Assembly: GCA_965277805.1 (NCBI GenBank) | Contig: OZ255842.1 | Span: 160,001-224,000 of the forward strand | Length of the DNA stretch: 64,000 nucleotides | Direction: 5' to 3' | From: Candidatus Lustribacter sp. | GTDB lineage: Bacteria > Vulcanimicrobiota > Vulcanimicrobiia > Vulcanimicrobiales > Vulcanimicrobiaceae | Shown: piece by piece, positions 18,969 to 28,363 of the stretch | Position numbering within the stretch: position 1 is the stretch's first letter | Layout: each line of letters starts with the position of its first letter | Notes under the pieces: generated by a model | Seen by the model: the letters and a program-made list of their open reading frames with translations, nothing else | Told to the model about the DNA's origin: nothing | The model's database searches: none | Translations under genes and position numbers: made by a program

Positions 18969-20840
18969 GTGCGACTGGGTGTCCGCGGGCAGATCGTTTT
19001 AATCTCATGCGTCCCACTGGTGTTTCTCATCGCGTTGTTGGCGATCGCATTCCAACTGCGTAGTTTGTCCATACAATCAGCGGCGCTCTCACAGCACGTT
19101 ACCGACTCGCTTGCGCGAGCCGATCGCCTCTATGAGACGATCAACGATGTCTTCGCCGAGATCAAGAACTACGCGAAGGACCACACCGGCGCGCTGCAGC
19201 GTTATCGAGTGTCGACCGCTGCGATCCCCGCCGAAATTGACGCCGTTCGCGCCGCGGTGTCGCCGAACTCCGTCGCACAAGCGCGTGCTGCGCGATATAC
19301 CAACGACGCCGCGCAAGTGGTCGCACTGCTCGACCAGGTCTTTACGTTGATGCGCGAGGGCAAAAGCCAGGAAGCTACTGCCATCTCGGCCCGCCCCGCC
19401 GTGCAACGTTTAGGCCCCGAATATTTAGCCGCGAAGTCGGCCTTCGACAGCGGCGAGCGCAGCGATTCGCTCACGCTGAACACCGCTACGCGCGCGCAGC
19501 TTCAACTGCTCAGCACCGCGCTCGTGCTGCTCACGGTCCTCGGCATCGTCGTGACGCTGGCGTTGTCGGTCGGATTTGGTCTGCGCATGGGCCGCCGGTT
19601 GCGGCGTCTGGTAGAGAACGCAATGTTGCTCGCGCGCCACAAGGCGACGCTGCCCATAGAAGGCGATGACGAAATCGCCGAAGTCGACCGCGTGTACCAC
19701 GTGATGTCGCGCGAGCTGGAAGAAACGACGGTGCTCCAGCACGCGTTGCTGCCGCAGCGGCTGCCGCAAGTTCCCGGCATCCGGCTCGACTCGGCCTACG
19801 TGCCGGCCGCGACGCACGGGAAAGTCGGCGGCGATTGGTTCGACGTCTTTCCCATTGAGGCGAACTTGCTCGGCATCAGCATCGGCGACGTCGCCGGCCA
19901 TGGCCTAAACGCGGCCTCGACGATGGCAATGTTGCGGCAAACGATGCGCGTGGCGGCTCGGATGGAACAGCAGCCCTCACGCGTGTTGCGTCAAGTCAAC
20001 CGCTCGCTGTGCGCCGACGAACCGGGCGCGCTGGCGACCGCGATTTTCGCCACGCTCGACTGCACGACCGGGCTCTTGCGCTGGTCGGCGGCCGGTCATC
20101 CCGCGCCGATCCTCGTGCGTCCCGATCGCAGCATAACGTTCCTCGAAGGCCAGGGCCTGATTCTCGGAGTCGACGCGCAGACGGCATTTGATGACCTGAG
20201 CGCTGAGCTCGATGTGGGCTGCGCGCTCGTGCTCTACACGGATGGCCTGGTCGAGGTCGAGCGCGACTACTTCAGCGGAATAACCGCGCTCGCGGAAGCC
20301 GTGCTGGCCGAGTACGGCGAGTCATCGGAGAATATCGCCGACAATATTCAGAAGCGCATTTTCGCGCGCGCGACGTCGCGGGACGATTCGGCCGTCCTCT
20401 TTCTCGGCATCAGCAGCCTCAGCGCGACGGCCAACGAAACGCGGCACGTCTGGCAGCTCGACGCACGCGATTCGTTTTCCGCGCAGCGCGTGAAGCGCGC
20501 GGTTCTTTGGCACTTGGCGGGTCTCGCCGACAAGACGCCCGAGATGGATGCTGTCGAACTGATTTATGGCGAGTTGATCGCGAACGTAGCGCGCCATACG
20601 CCGGGGTTGGCGACCGTGACGCTGGAGTGGCAAGGCGATGAGCCGGTGCTGCACGTCGACGATCATGGACCGCCTTTTCAGCTGCTCAGCAAAGCTCCAA
20701 CGGACGACATGGCCGAAAGCGGTCGCGGTTTTTGGCTGATGTCGAACTACACGACGAAGCTTTCCGTGCAGCGCATCGGTGAAGCGAATCGCGTCAGCGT
20801 GGGTTTGCCGGTGGGCGCGGGCAACGGTTCTTCGATGTAG
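18969..20840 (+). CDS. Membrane sensor: TM-extracytoplasmic helical domain-TM-HAMP-SpoIIE/PP2C phosphatase with C-terminal RsbW-like HATPase
   Basis: LQHALLP; VGGDWFDVF; IGDVAGHGL; AGHPAP; LYTDGLVE; RDDSAVL; then ELIANVARHTPG...DDHG...ESGRGFWLM. Confidence 0.9.
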   Translation: MRLGVRGQIVLISCVPLVFLIALLAIAFQLRSLSIQSAALSQHVTDSLARADRLYETINDVFAEIKNYAKDHTGALQRYRVSTAAIPAEIDAVRAAVSPNSVAQARAARYTNDAAQVVALLDQVFTLMREGKSQEATAISARPAVQRLGPEYLAAKSAFDSGERSDSLTLNTATRAQLQLLSTALVLLTVLGIVVTLALSVGFGLRMGRRLRRLVENAMLLARHKATLPIEGDDEIAEVDRVYHVMSRELEETTVLQHALLPQRLPQVPGIRLDSAYVPAATHGKVGGDWFDVFPIEANLLGISIGDVAGHGLNAASTMAMLRQTMRVAARMEQQPSRVLRQVNRSLCADEPGALATAIFATLDCTTGLLRWSAAGHPAPILVRPDRSITFLEGQGLILGVDAQTAFDDLSAELDVGCALVLYTDGLVEVERDYFSGITALAEAVLAEYGESSENIADNIQKRIFARATSRDDSAVLFLGISSLSATANETRHVWQLDARDSFSAQRVKRAVLWHLAGLADKTPEMDAVELIYGELIANVARHTPGLATVTLEWQGDEPVLHVDDHGPPFQLLSKAPTDDMAESGRGFWLMSNYTTKLSVQRIGEANRVSVGLPVGAGNGSSM

Positions 20841-20845
20841 GCCGC

Positions 20846-21226
20846 TTACGGCAAGCGCAAGCGCAAGCGCTGAATGTAAACGGTGGCGGCGACGACGACG
20901 ATGCCGACGGCAAAACTGACCGGCAATTGACAGTAGGCCGGCAGAGATTGCCAGCTTACCACCGCGACGAACAGCAGCGCGATCAGCGCCATTTGCAGCC
21001 ACGCGATCTGCGTCGCCGCCATCCGCTCGCCGAACCGTTCCAGATGTTCGCCGATGAAGCTGCCGGCCAAACCGCCCAGCAGCACCCCGATGGCATTCGT
21101 CCAGCGGCTCACGATCGCGTGATCCTTGACGGCGGCCGCGATCGTGATGCCCGCCGCGAGCACGATCGCCACGACGATTCCGCGCCGCAGGGGGGCGAGC
21201 GAGGGCGGTGCCTCCGGTTGCCGCAT
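20846..21226 (-). CDS. Hypothetical 4-TM membrane protein
   Basis: ORF from MRQPEAPP with four hydrophobic segments; fills the gap between the phosphatase gene and the ssrA promoter. Confidence 0.6.
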   Translation of the reverse strand: MRQPEAPPSLAPLRRGIVVAIVLAAGITIAAAVKDHAIVSRWTNAIGVLLGGLAGSFIGEHLERFGERMAATQIAWLQMALIALLFVAVVSWQSLPAYCQLPVSFAVGIVVVAATVYIQRLRLRLP

Positions 21227-21266
21227 CCGAGCGCCTTTCGCGCCCTCGACGGGCGAAACCCGGATG

Positions 21267-21275
21267 TGGTATAAT
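21267..21275 (+). promoter_or_regulatory. Extended -10 promoter of ssrA (TGgTATAAT)
   Basis: Perfect TGnTATAAT about 50 nt upstream of the mature tmRNA 5' end. Confidence 0.75.
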
Positions 21276-21323
21276 AGCGTGCTCGCTGGTGACAGAGGCG
21301 GGCACAACAACGGAAACGCTCAT

Positions 21324-21680
21324 GGGGCTGAGTAGGCTCGACGGGAAGATCCGTGGTTGTCGTAAGCAGGCGGAGTTGCGAGCCCTCCTAAAACGATCGC
21401 AAGCGTTTTACACGCGAACAACGAATACGCACTGGCTGCTTAGTTTAACTAAGTAACCACCGTCGGAGAGAGGTTGCCGTTGCCATCTTTCCCACGGTCA
21501 TAAAGTACGGCTAGGACGCTGAGGCTGATGCGAGAGGCGCCCGAAAACAACTGCATCTGCTGCGCACGAAATTCCGGTTTCGAGAAGCTCGTGCGCTTAA
21601 GACAAATTCGAAGCTGAGCCTGGAGAAAGCGGCAGTCCGGCTTTTCGGACCCGGGGGGCGGCTCCCCGGCAGCTCCACCA
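21324..21680 (+). ncRNA. ssrA: tmRNA (one-piece), tag peptide (A)ANNEYALAA
   Basis: 5' GGGGCTG pairs with 3' CAGCTCC-ACCA with G3.U70; TCGAC after the D-loop; PK1 GGAG/CTCC and TTGCGA/TCGCAA; tag ORF GCG AAC AAC GAA TAC GCA CTG GCT GCT TAG at 21414-21443; 357 nt. Confidence 0.97.
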
Positions 21681-21703
21681 TTTCCGACATTTCTAACCCA
21701 TCG

Positions 21704-21735
21704 AAGAAGCTAGCCTAACGGCCGGCTCTTTCTTT
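21704..21735 (+). terminator. Possible intrinsic terminator after ssrA
   Basis: Imperfect hairpin AGCTAGCC-taac-GGCCGGCT followed by CTTTCTTT. Confidence 0.45.
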
Positions 21736-21749
21736 AAAGGGAGAGTCGT

Positions 21750-22928
21750 ATGCGCTTACGCTTTTCGGCCTTCGTGCTTGCTGCTCTGACGTTCGTCGCG
21801 TCTGACGCGCAGGCGCAGGACACCGCGCCGCGGCCCTACGAGATCAACGTTATCATGCCGGTCACCGGCAGCGGCGCGTTTATCGGCGAAGGACAGTCGG
21901 CAGCGTTGCACGCCGTCGAGACGTACGTCAACAGCACGGGCGGTATCAAGGGACGTCCCGTACACTTCGTTATTTCGGATTCGCAGTCGAAACCGCAGGT
22001 CGATGTGCAGCTCACGAGCGAGCTGCTCGCGAAACATCCGCAATTCGTCATCGACGGAGGCCCGGCGCCGGAGTGCAACGCGGTCGCAAAGCTCTATAGC
22101 AACGGGCCCGTCATGTACTGCCTCTCGCCGGGCTTCTTTCCGGAGCGAGGCGGCTATATCTATGGCGCGGGCATCGAGTCCCGCGCGGGGATGGGTGTCG
22201 TCGTACGCTACCTGCGCATGCGCGGTTTGAAGCGCATTGGGATCATCACCCTGACCGATATCGCGGGCCAAGAAGCGGATAACGCGCTGAAGTCATTGCT
22301 GAGTGAACCGGTCAACGCCGATCTGCACGTCGTCGATTGGGAGCATTTTGCCGTGACGGACATCAGCGCATCCGCGCAGATGGCCAAAATCAAAGATGCG
22401 AAGCCGGATGTCGTCCTCGGCTGGGCAACGGGCACCCCGACCGGTACGTTGCTACGTGCCTACACCGACTTGGGCATGACGGTACCGTTCGTTGCCAGCC
22501 AAGCGAACGAGAATGCGCGCCAGATGCAACAATACAAATCGACGATGCCGCGAATGCTCATGATGTATTCCTTGATGTTCCCGGCAGCGCCGGGGATGAA
22601 GAACGGTCCCCTCAAGAGCGCGATCGACGCATACGTAAAAACCATGACCGCGACGGGCGGCTCGCTGTGGGACTCGTCGGCAGCCGAAACCTGGGACAGC
22701 GCGTTGATCCTGATCGGCGCGATCCGCACCCTCGGCACGGATGCGACGCCGGACCAAGTTCGCGCGTACATGGACGGCTTGCACGACTATTACGGGCCGA
22801 CCGGGACGTTTGATTTTCGGATCGGTAATCAGCGCGGGCTCGACGCGTCGAGTGCCATCATGGTCCGTTGGGATCAGCCCAGCGGCTCGTGGAAACCGAT
22901 CAGCGGTCCCACCGGCACCCCACTGTAA
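21750..22928 (+). CDS. LivJ/LivK-like (PBP1) ABC substrate-binding protein
   Basis: Signal peptide; MPVTGSGA; VNSTGGIKGRPVHFVISDSQS; paralog of 5679-6845. Confidence 0.88.
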   Translation: MRLRFSAFVLAALTFVASDAQAQDTAPRPYEINVIMPVTGSGAFIGEGQSAALHAVETYVNSTGGIKGRPVHFVISDSQSKPQVDVQLTSELLAKHPQFVIDGGPAPECNAVAKLYSNGPVMYCLSPGFFPERGGYIYGAGIESRAGMGVVVRYLRMRGLKRIGIITLTDIAGQEADNALKSLLSEPVNADLHVVDWEHFAVTDISASAQMAKIKDAKPDVVLGWATGTPTGTLLRAYTDLGMTVPFVASQANENARQMQQYKSTMPRMLMMYSLMFPAAPGMKNGPLKSAIDAYVKTMTATGGSLWDSSAAETWDSALILIGAIRTLGTDATPDQVRAYMDGLHDYYGPTGTFDFRIGNQRGLDASSAIMVRWDQPSGSWKPISGPTGTPL

Positions 22929-22952
22929 CCGCATCGCCGGCGCGGTTCACCG

Positions 22953-23306
22953 TTACTCTCTGACTTTGCGCTGATGAATTTGGAAGCTATTCCCGTCGGG
23001 ATCCGTGGCGAACGCAAACCAGCAAACCGGCGACTCCATCACATCGGTGATCTCGACGTCACGTTCGGCGAGCCGGGCGCGCGCGGCAACGACATCCTCG
23101 AATTCAAACGAGACGCCCGAGCAGGTGCCCGGCACGGTGCCGGGCGGCTCTGCGTCAATTGCGAACGTCGCGTTGCCAAGGTCGAACTCAACGAAGCCCT
23201 CGCCAAATGATTCGCCCGGCGTTAGACCGAGAACGTCGGTATAAAAGGCCCGTGCCCGCGGCATGTCGCCGACTGCATACGCCACATATGCGAGCTTAAT
23301 CGGCAC
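22953..23306 (-). CDS. VOC (glyoxalase/bleomycin resistance) family protein
   Basis: VGDMPRARAFYTDVLGL; ATDPDGNSFQIHQ. Confidence 0.9.
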   Translation of the reverse strand: MPIKLAYVAYAVGDMPRARAFYTDVLGLTPGESFGEGFVEFDLGNATFAIDAEPPGTVPGTCSGVSFEFEDVVAARARLAERDVEITDVMESPVCWFAFATDPDGNSFQIHQRKVRE

Positions 23307-23310
23307 GGCT

Positions 23311-23733
23311 CTATCGAGCGTACGCCCGGCGATCGTCTTCGGCTAGGATATCTAAAACGAGTCTGAGGTCCGGGTGATCTTTCAGCCACGGATAGATTTC
23401 GTGCACTTGCGGAAGATTGCGATCGCCGCGCGGCTCGCGGTCCTTGACCCAGGCGTTCCACTCGTCGATCGTCGTTTGGCTAACGCGCTGCCGCACGAAT
23501 GCGACGACGTCGGCCTCGCTCGAAGCCGCACCGACTGCGGCAATGAAGTCATCGTCCGGGATGCCGAAGCGCTCGAGCATCCCGCCGGTGACGCCCGGGA
23601 CGTTGTAACCGTTACGGTTGCCGCCCTCAAGGTACGCCCGGGCTTTATCGATCGAGCGCGGCAAAAAGATAATGCCGTCGAGCTCGGCGCGGGGCGCGCG
23701 CGGCGGTTGTTTGGAAAGATCAAGCGGTTCCAT
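23311..23733 (-). CDS. DUF5069-like protein
   Basis: LDLSKQPPRAPRAELDGIIFLPRSIDKARA; ends in EDD. Confidence 0.75.
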   Translation of the reverse strand: MEPLDLSKQPPRAPRAELDGIIFLPRSIDKARAYLEGGNRNGYNVPGVTGGMLERFGIPDDDFIAAVGAASSEADVVAFVRQRVSQTTIDEWNAWVKDREPRGDRNLPQVHEIYPWLKDHPDLRLVLDILAEDDRRAYAR

Positions 23734-23834
23734 GCCGCGCAGATTATGCATCCGAAGCGTGATCCCCGCATTGAGTTCCTGAGGTGGGGTGCCGGCCGCT
23801 TTGGCGCGAAGCGTCCTCTCAGCGGAGGCAGTCC

Positions 23835-24953
23835 ATGAACATGATGCATCCCGAGGTCCAGGTTCCCGAAGCCCGGACCCTCGCCGCCCTCAAAGATCCT
23901 GATGCCGCGACCCGTGCCGCATTGGATGCCCTGCCGGGCTTGATCTCGGCCGACTCGCACGTAATGGAGCCGCACTCGCTCTGGGAGCAAGTCGCCGCCC
24001 GGTACCGCGACACCGTTCACGAGTGGCTTGACGGCGTCGGGTTCCGTGCGCACATCCTGCCCGCCGGAGCGAGCGATCCGCATGCCCGGCTGCTCGATCA
24101 GAAACGCGACGGCGTGATTGCCGAGGTGCTGTTTCCGAACGACGGGATGACGATTTTCGGGCTGCCCGATGGACAGGCGCAGCACGCGGCGTTTGTTGCC
24201 TACAACGATTGGCTGGCCGGGTTTTGCGCCACTGCTCCGCACAATCTGTTCGGCGTCGCTGCGCTTTCCGTTTACGACACCGATGCCGCCGTTAAGGAGA
24301 TGTACCGGGGCATCGAGCTAGGTTTGATCGGTGCGATGGTGTGGCAAGTGCCGGATCCGAAGTTGCCGTTTACATCGAGCCACTACGATCCCCTGTGGGC
24401 GGCGGCGGCCGAAGCCGGCGTGCCGATCCACATGCACATTCTCACCGGTCACTCCTACGCGCTGACGCAGAAGAAGGTGGTCGGCTACGAGAAAATCCGC
24501 GGGTCCGTTAACAAGAAGCAAAACGACACGATCAACGCGCTTTTCGACGTGATCTTCTCGGGCGTTTTTGAACGCTATCCGAAACTGCGTATCGTCTTGG
24601 CGGAAAGCGAGTGCGGCTGGCTGCCGTTCGTGTTGCAGCAATGGGATTACTATTACGAGCGCTTCCGCCAAAAAGAGTCTCTCGGCATCGAGCGCTTACC
24701 TAGCGAAATCTTCAACGAACACGTGTACTGCACGTGGCTCGAAGACCGGTCCGGCACGCGGCAGTTCTCGTGGTGGGGACAAGACAATCTGATGTGGTCG
24801 AATGACTACCCGCACTTCAATATGACGTTCCCCTATTCACGCGAAAACGTCTACCATCACATCGGCGCGTTGCCGAAGGACGTTCAAACCAAACTCATTC
24901 GCGGCAATGCCATCCGTCTTTATGGCTTGGCCTCCCGGCTCGAGGAGAATTAA
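23835..24953 (+). CDS. Amidohydrolase family 2 protein (metal-dependent hydrolase/decarboxylase)
   Basis: ISADSHVMEP; YNDWLAGFC; YDPLWAAA; VPIHMH; GVFERYPKLRIVLAESECGW; MWSNDYPH. Confidence 0.88.
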   Translation: MNMMHPEVQVPEARTLAALKDPDAATRAALDALPGLISADSHVMEPHSLWEQVAARYRDTVHEWLDGVGFRAHILPAGASDPHARLLDQKRDGVIAEVLFPNDGMTIFGLPDGQAQHAAFVAYNDWLAGFCATAPHNLFGVAALSVYDTDAAVKEMYRGIELGLIGAMVWQVPDPKLPFTSSHYDPLWAAAAEAGVPIHMHILTGHSYALTQKKVVGYEKIRGSVNKKQNDTINALFDVIFSGVFERYPKLRIVLAESECGWLPFVLQQWDYYYERFRQKESLGIERLPSEIFNEHVYCTWLEDRSGTRQFSWWGQDNLMWSNDYPHFNMTFPYSRENVYHHIGALPKDVQTKLIRGNAIRLYGLASRLEEN

Positions 24954-24954
24954 T

Positions 24955-25410
24955 ATGACCACCGAGACCCAAGTAAAACCTGAAGCGCAGTTCTTTTCAC
25001 TCGAGGCGCCGCTGCTGGCGGAAGGGCGTTCCGACACGACCGTTGCGCGAACCGACCTGCTACGGTTGCGGCTCAAAGTCTACGCATCCGGCGGCGAGAA
25101 CGTCCTTCATCTGCATCCGAAAGAAGACCACTCGTTCGTCATCTTGCAGGGTGAGGCCACGTTCCACATCGGCACCGAAGACACGATCAAGGTGCTCACG
25201 AAATACGAGGGCGTGATGCTGCCGCGCGGTACTCCATATTGGTTCCAAAGCAGCGCACCGGAAAATCTCGTGATGCTGCGCGCGGGTGCCGCCGAGGAAT
25301 GGCCGGAGGACGGCCGCATCGGACCCGATGGGCATCCAATCCCAGGGCACTCGCTTGAGAACAAGCACGGGAAGACGGTTACGATTCCCGGCAAGTTCTT
25401 CGGCCCTTGA
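24955..25410 (+). CDS. Cupin domain protein
   Basis: GGENVLHLHPKEDHSFVILQGEATF; MLPRGTPYWF. Confidence 0.85.
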   Translation: MTTETQVKPEAQFFSLEAPLLAEGRSDTTVARTDLLRLRLKVYASGGENVLHLHPKEDHSFVILQGEATFHIGTEDTIKVLTKYEGVMLPRGTPYWFQSSAPENLVMLRAGAAEEWPEDGRIGPDGHPIPGHSLENKHGKTVTIPGKFFGP

Positions 25411-26369
25411 TCCGCCGAGGACGTCTGCTCGCTGCGGCGGCGGGAGCTGCCGCGGTTGCGCTGGCGCCGCGCCGCGGGTTCACGCAGACGTTGACTCCGC
25501 TGCGCGTAACGGCGGTACCGAACGATGACGTGTCCCCGTTTCTCTACGCGCAGCAGAGCGGTCTCTTCAAGCGGGCCGGTTTGGATGTTTCGATCGTGCA
25601 GGCGACGTCCGGTGCGGCGATTGCCGCGGCCGTCGTCAGCGGGTCCTACGACGTCGGCCTCATCAGCATGATGGCGACGATTACCGGGCACGTCCGCGGT
25701 TTGCCGTTCATCATGATCGCGCCATCGTTGATGTATCTCTCCTCGGATCCGGCGCAATTACTGCTGGTGCCGAAGGACTCGCCGATCAAAAGCGCGCGCG
25801 ACTTGGCGGGCAAGATCGTCTCGTGCTCGTCAATTCGCGATGTCAGCTGGATTGCAACCCGCGCATGGGCCGATCAGAACGGCGTTGACTCGGAGACGAT
25901 CAAGTTCGTCGAGCTGCCGATGAGCGCCGTTCCGGCAGCGCTCGAGCAGAAACGCATTGACGCGGGCAGCATCGTCAACCCGACCCTGGACCAAGCGCTC
26001 GCGACCGGGCATTTTCGTTCAATCGGCCAGCCGTTCGACGCAGTCGGAAAGCGCTGGATGATTGCGGCCTGGTGCTCGACGACGGACTTCGTCACCAAGA
26101 ACCGCGATGCGATCGACCGGTTCGCCACAGTGATGCACACGGCTACTGTCTATGCAAATACCCACCACGCCGAGACGGCACCGCTCCTCGCCGCGTTTAC
26201 CGGAATCGAAACGGCACAAGTGCTAGCGATGAAGCGCGACACCTGCGGCGAGTACCTCGACCCCCGCGACATCCAGCCGGCAATCGACGGCGCCGCAAAG
26301 TACAAGATCATCGACAAAGGCTTCCCCGCCCAAGAACTGATCAGTCCCTACGCCCTTAAACCGCGCTAG
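25407..26369 (+). CDS. NMT1/SsuA/TauA-like ABC substrate-binding protein
   Basis: Tat-like signal MIRRGRLLAAAA; close paralog of 4688-5668. Confidence 0.87.
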   Translation: MIRRGRLLAAAAGAAAVALAPRRGFTQTLTPLRVTAVPNDDVSPFLYAQQSGLFKRAGLDVSIVQATSGAAIAAAVVSGSYDVGLISMMATITGHVRGLPFIMIAPSLMYLSSDPAQLLLVPKDSPIKSARDLAGKIVSCSSIRDVSWIATRAWADQNGVDSETIKFVELPMSAVPAALEQKRIDAGSIVNPTLDQALATGHFRSIGQPFDAVGKRWMIAAWCSTTDFVTKNRDAIDRFATVMHTATVYANTHHAETAPLLAAFTGIETAQVLAMKRDTCGEYLDPRDIQPAIDGAAKYKIIDKGFPAQELISPYALKPR

Positions 26370-27466
26370 CTCAGAGTGAGCTTGAGGTCGCTGAAGCGCG
26401 GCATAACTTCGTTGGCAAACAGTTCGGCTGAATCTGCAGCGATCTGACGGGTTTCGCCCTTCCATTCGCCGAGGAAGCGCACGTGGAGATGATTGATCCC
26501 AATCTCCGCGAGCTGTTGCACCTTTGCGGCCACTGTTTCAGGGCTACCGGCGACGGTGTCGGTCATGTCACCGCCTGCCGCATACGCACCGGCAGACGAT
26601 TTACCGGGTGTCGCCTTTGCCACCGGACCCTCAAGTAGCCCGTAGCGTTCGATGTAGCGCCGCCGTATCGCCATCTGCTCCGCTTTCGCGATCGCTTCGC
26701 GCTCCTTCGCTTCCTCGTCGGTCCGTGCAACGACGGTGCTCAACCAGTCGAAAGAGCACCAGCGCAGGCATTTTTCTACGACGTCAGGCGGATGTTTTGC
26801 TTCGTCGAGGGCTTGGCGGTAGATCCGCATCTGTTCGCGCGCATCGCTGCCGAAGATTCCGAAGAACGCCGGCCAGCCCATTTGCGCAGCGCGAATGAGT
26901 CCCGACTCGCGGCTGGCGGTCCGAATGATGATCGGGTGTGGCTTGGTGAACGGCGCGGGCATGACGCGCCGCGTGATCCGGCCGCTATTCGATCCGACGG
27001 AAAATGCGTACTCCGGATCGCCGTCCCGATACGTCCAAAGCCGCTGCATGACGTCGAGCGTTTCTTCGGCTGCCCGCCCTGAACCATGATACGCGGCATC
27101 GACGCCGAGGCTCGTTGGCTCGACGCCTGGCCAACCGCTACCAACTCCAAAGAGCACACGGCCCTGCGTAAGGTGGTCGAGCAAGTTCATGCTTTCGACT
27201 AGCCGCAGCGGGTGATAGAACGGGATCGACAGCACGCCGAAGCCGATGTAGCGATCGGGCGGGAGCTGCGGCGCGACATAGGCCGCGAATTGCAACGTGT
27301 TACTATGCCACGGACCACGGAAATGATGATCCGTAAACCAGACGTTGTAGCCAAGCTCGGCGAGCCAAATGGACTGCTCGACCGTCATCTCGATGACTCG
27401 GTGATCCTCTTCCGGATCGTCGTAGTCCGGGAAGAACATGTTCATGGTCATGGCGGAGAACTGCAT
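26366..27466 (-). CDS. LLM class (luciferase-like) flavin-dependent monooxygenase
   Basis: VWFTDHHF; PFYHPLRLVESMNLLDHLTQGRVLFGVGSGW; ELFANEVMPRF. Confidence 0.88.
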   Translation of the reverse strand: MQFSAMTMNMFFPDYDDPEEDHRVIEMTVEQSIWLAELGYNVWFTDHHFRGPWHSNTLQFAAYVAPQLPPDRYIGFGVLSIPFYHPLRLVESMNLLDHLTQGRVLFGVGSGWPGVEPTSLGVDAAYHGSGRAAEETLDVMQRLWTYRDGDPEYAFSVGSNSGRITRRVMPAPFTKPHPIIIRTASRESGLIRAAQMGWPAFFGIFGSDAREQMRIYRQALDEAKHPPDVVEKCLRWCSFDWLSTVVARTDEEAKEREAIAKAEQMAIRRRYIERYGLLEGPVAKATPGKSSAGAYAAGGDMTDTVAGSPETVAAKVQQLAEIGINHLHVRFLGEWKGETRQIAADSAELFANEVMPRFSDLKLTLS

Positions 27467-27550
27467 TCCAGTACCCTAGTTCGCCGTGAACGGAGTACGC
27501 GCATGCCGGGGATGCTTCCGAACGTGATACTCTGTACGCATGGAGATGCG

Positions 27551-28111
27551 TTGAGCAACCAGGGGAAGCCGCCGCCGGATTTCGCGATGGTCCGCGCCGT
27601 CGAGATCCTGGCCCAGATCGCAGAAAAGCAGCTGAAATCAGCGCACGTGCTGCCGCCGCCGATCGATGTCCCGATCATTCTGTTCAACGAACACCTGATG
27701 TTCGTGATTGGAAAGACGCAGCGCTCAGCAGTGGTCGCGGAACTGGGTCCCGGCTACGCCTTCCCGACGAAAGGTTGGGAGACGTACGCGATGCACGAGG
27801 GCAGCACGCGCTGCCTCCTAAGCGCGTTATACAGCAACGACGTGTTGGTGGGCGCAGACTACTATGTTGCGCCGGCAAATCGTGTCCCGGAATTGCGCGT
27901 GCGTAACTTCGGTGAGTTTCGCTTCGTGCCTGGACAGATCATGATCGGGAGCGACATGCTAGCGTTGGATGAACGCTTTGTTGCGGTCGCCGAGGGCCCC
28001 GATGCGCGAACTTATTCGCATGCCTTCGAGGTGCGCTTCTCGGGCGGGATTGCATTCGTCCAAGGTACCGGCGGCCGCGTGCAGCGGCTCGTTCTCTACG
28101 CGGTCAGCTAG
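27551..28111 (+). CDS. Hypothetical protein
   Basis: ORF with GGAG RBS before TTG at 27551; no recognisable motif. Confidence 0.6.
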   Translation: MSNQGKPPPDFAMVRAVEILAQIAEKQLKSAHVLPPPIDVPIILFNEHLMFVIGKTQRSAVVAELGPGYAFPTKGWETYAMHEGSTRCLLSALYSNDVLVGADYYVAPANRVPELRVRNFGEFRFVPGQIMIGSDMLALDERFVAVAEGPDARTYSHAFEVRFSGGIAFVQGTGGRVQRLVLYAVS

Positions 28112-28330
28112 GCGCGCAGTAGGCTGAGAGCGTACTCTTCACGCATCGTTGCGTTCAAGCGGTCGACGAGGTCGGTGATCGTAAGCAGCCGGTAATGTTC
28201 GAATCTGCGACGCACGAGGCGCGTACTGAAGAGCCTTGCCCACCTCGTGGGCGCGGCTCAAATCGAGGTCGTCACTGAACGTGACCCGCACGACGTCATC
28301 CAGCGACTCGACAGTAAAAGCCAGGGGCAT
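28108..28330 (-). pseudogene. Internally deleted, frameshifted STAS (anti-anti-sigma) gene
   Basis: One frame gives MPLAFTVESLDDVVRVTFSDDLDLSRAHEV (STAS N-terminus); another gives YRLLTITDLVDRL (STAS C-terminus). The central DLS..F.DS.G segment is absent. Confidence 0.55.
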
Positions 28331-28363
28331 ACCTTATGCTAATCGTCCCGTACCGTTAAATAA

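Noticed and set aside
20846-20872. GCAAGC tandem repeat
   Set aside because: Encodes RLRLRL at the end of a membrane protein; too short to suggest phase variation.
21208-21456. 82-aa ORF overlapping the tmRNA 5' half
   Set aside because: Shadow ORF; the region is explained by the ssrA promoter and tmRNA structure.
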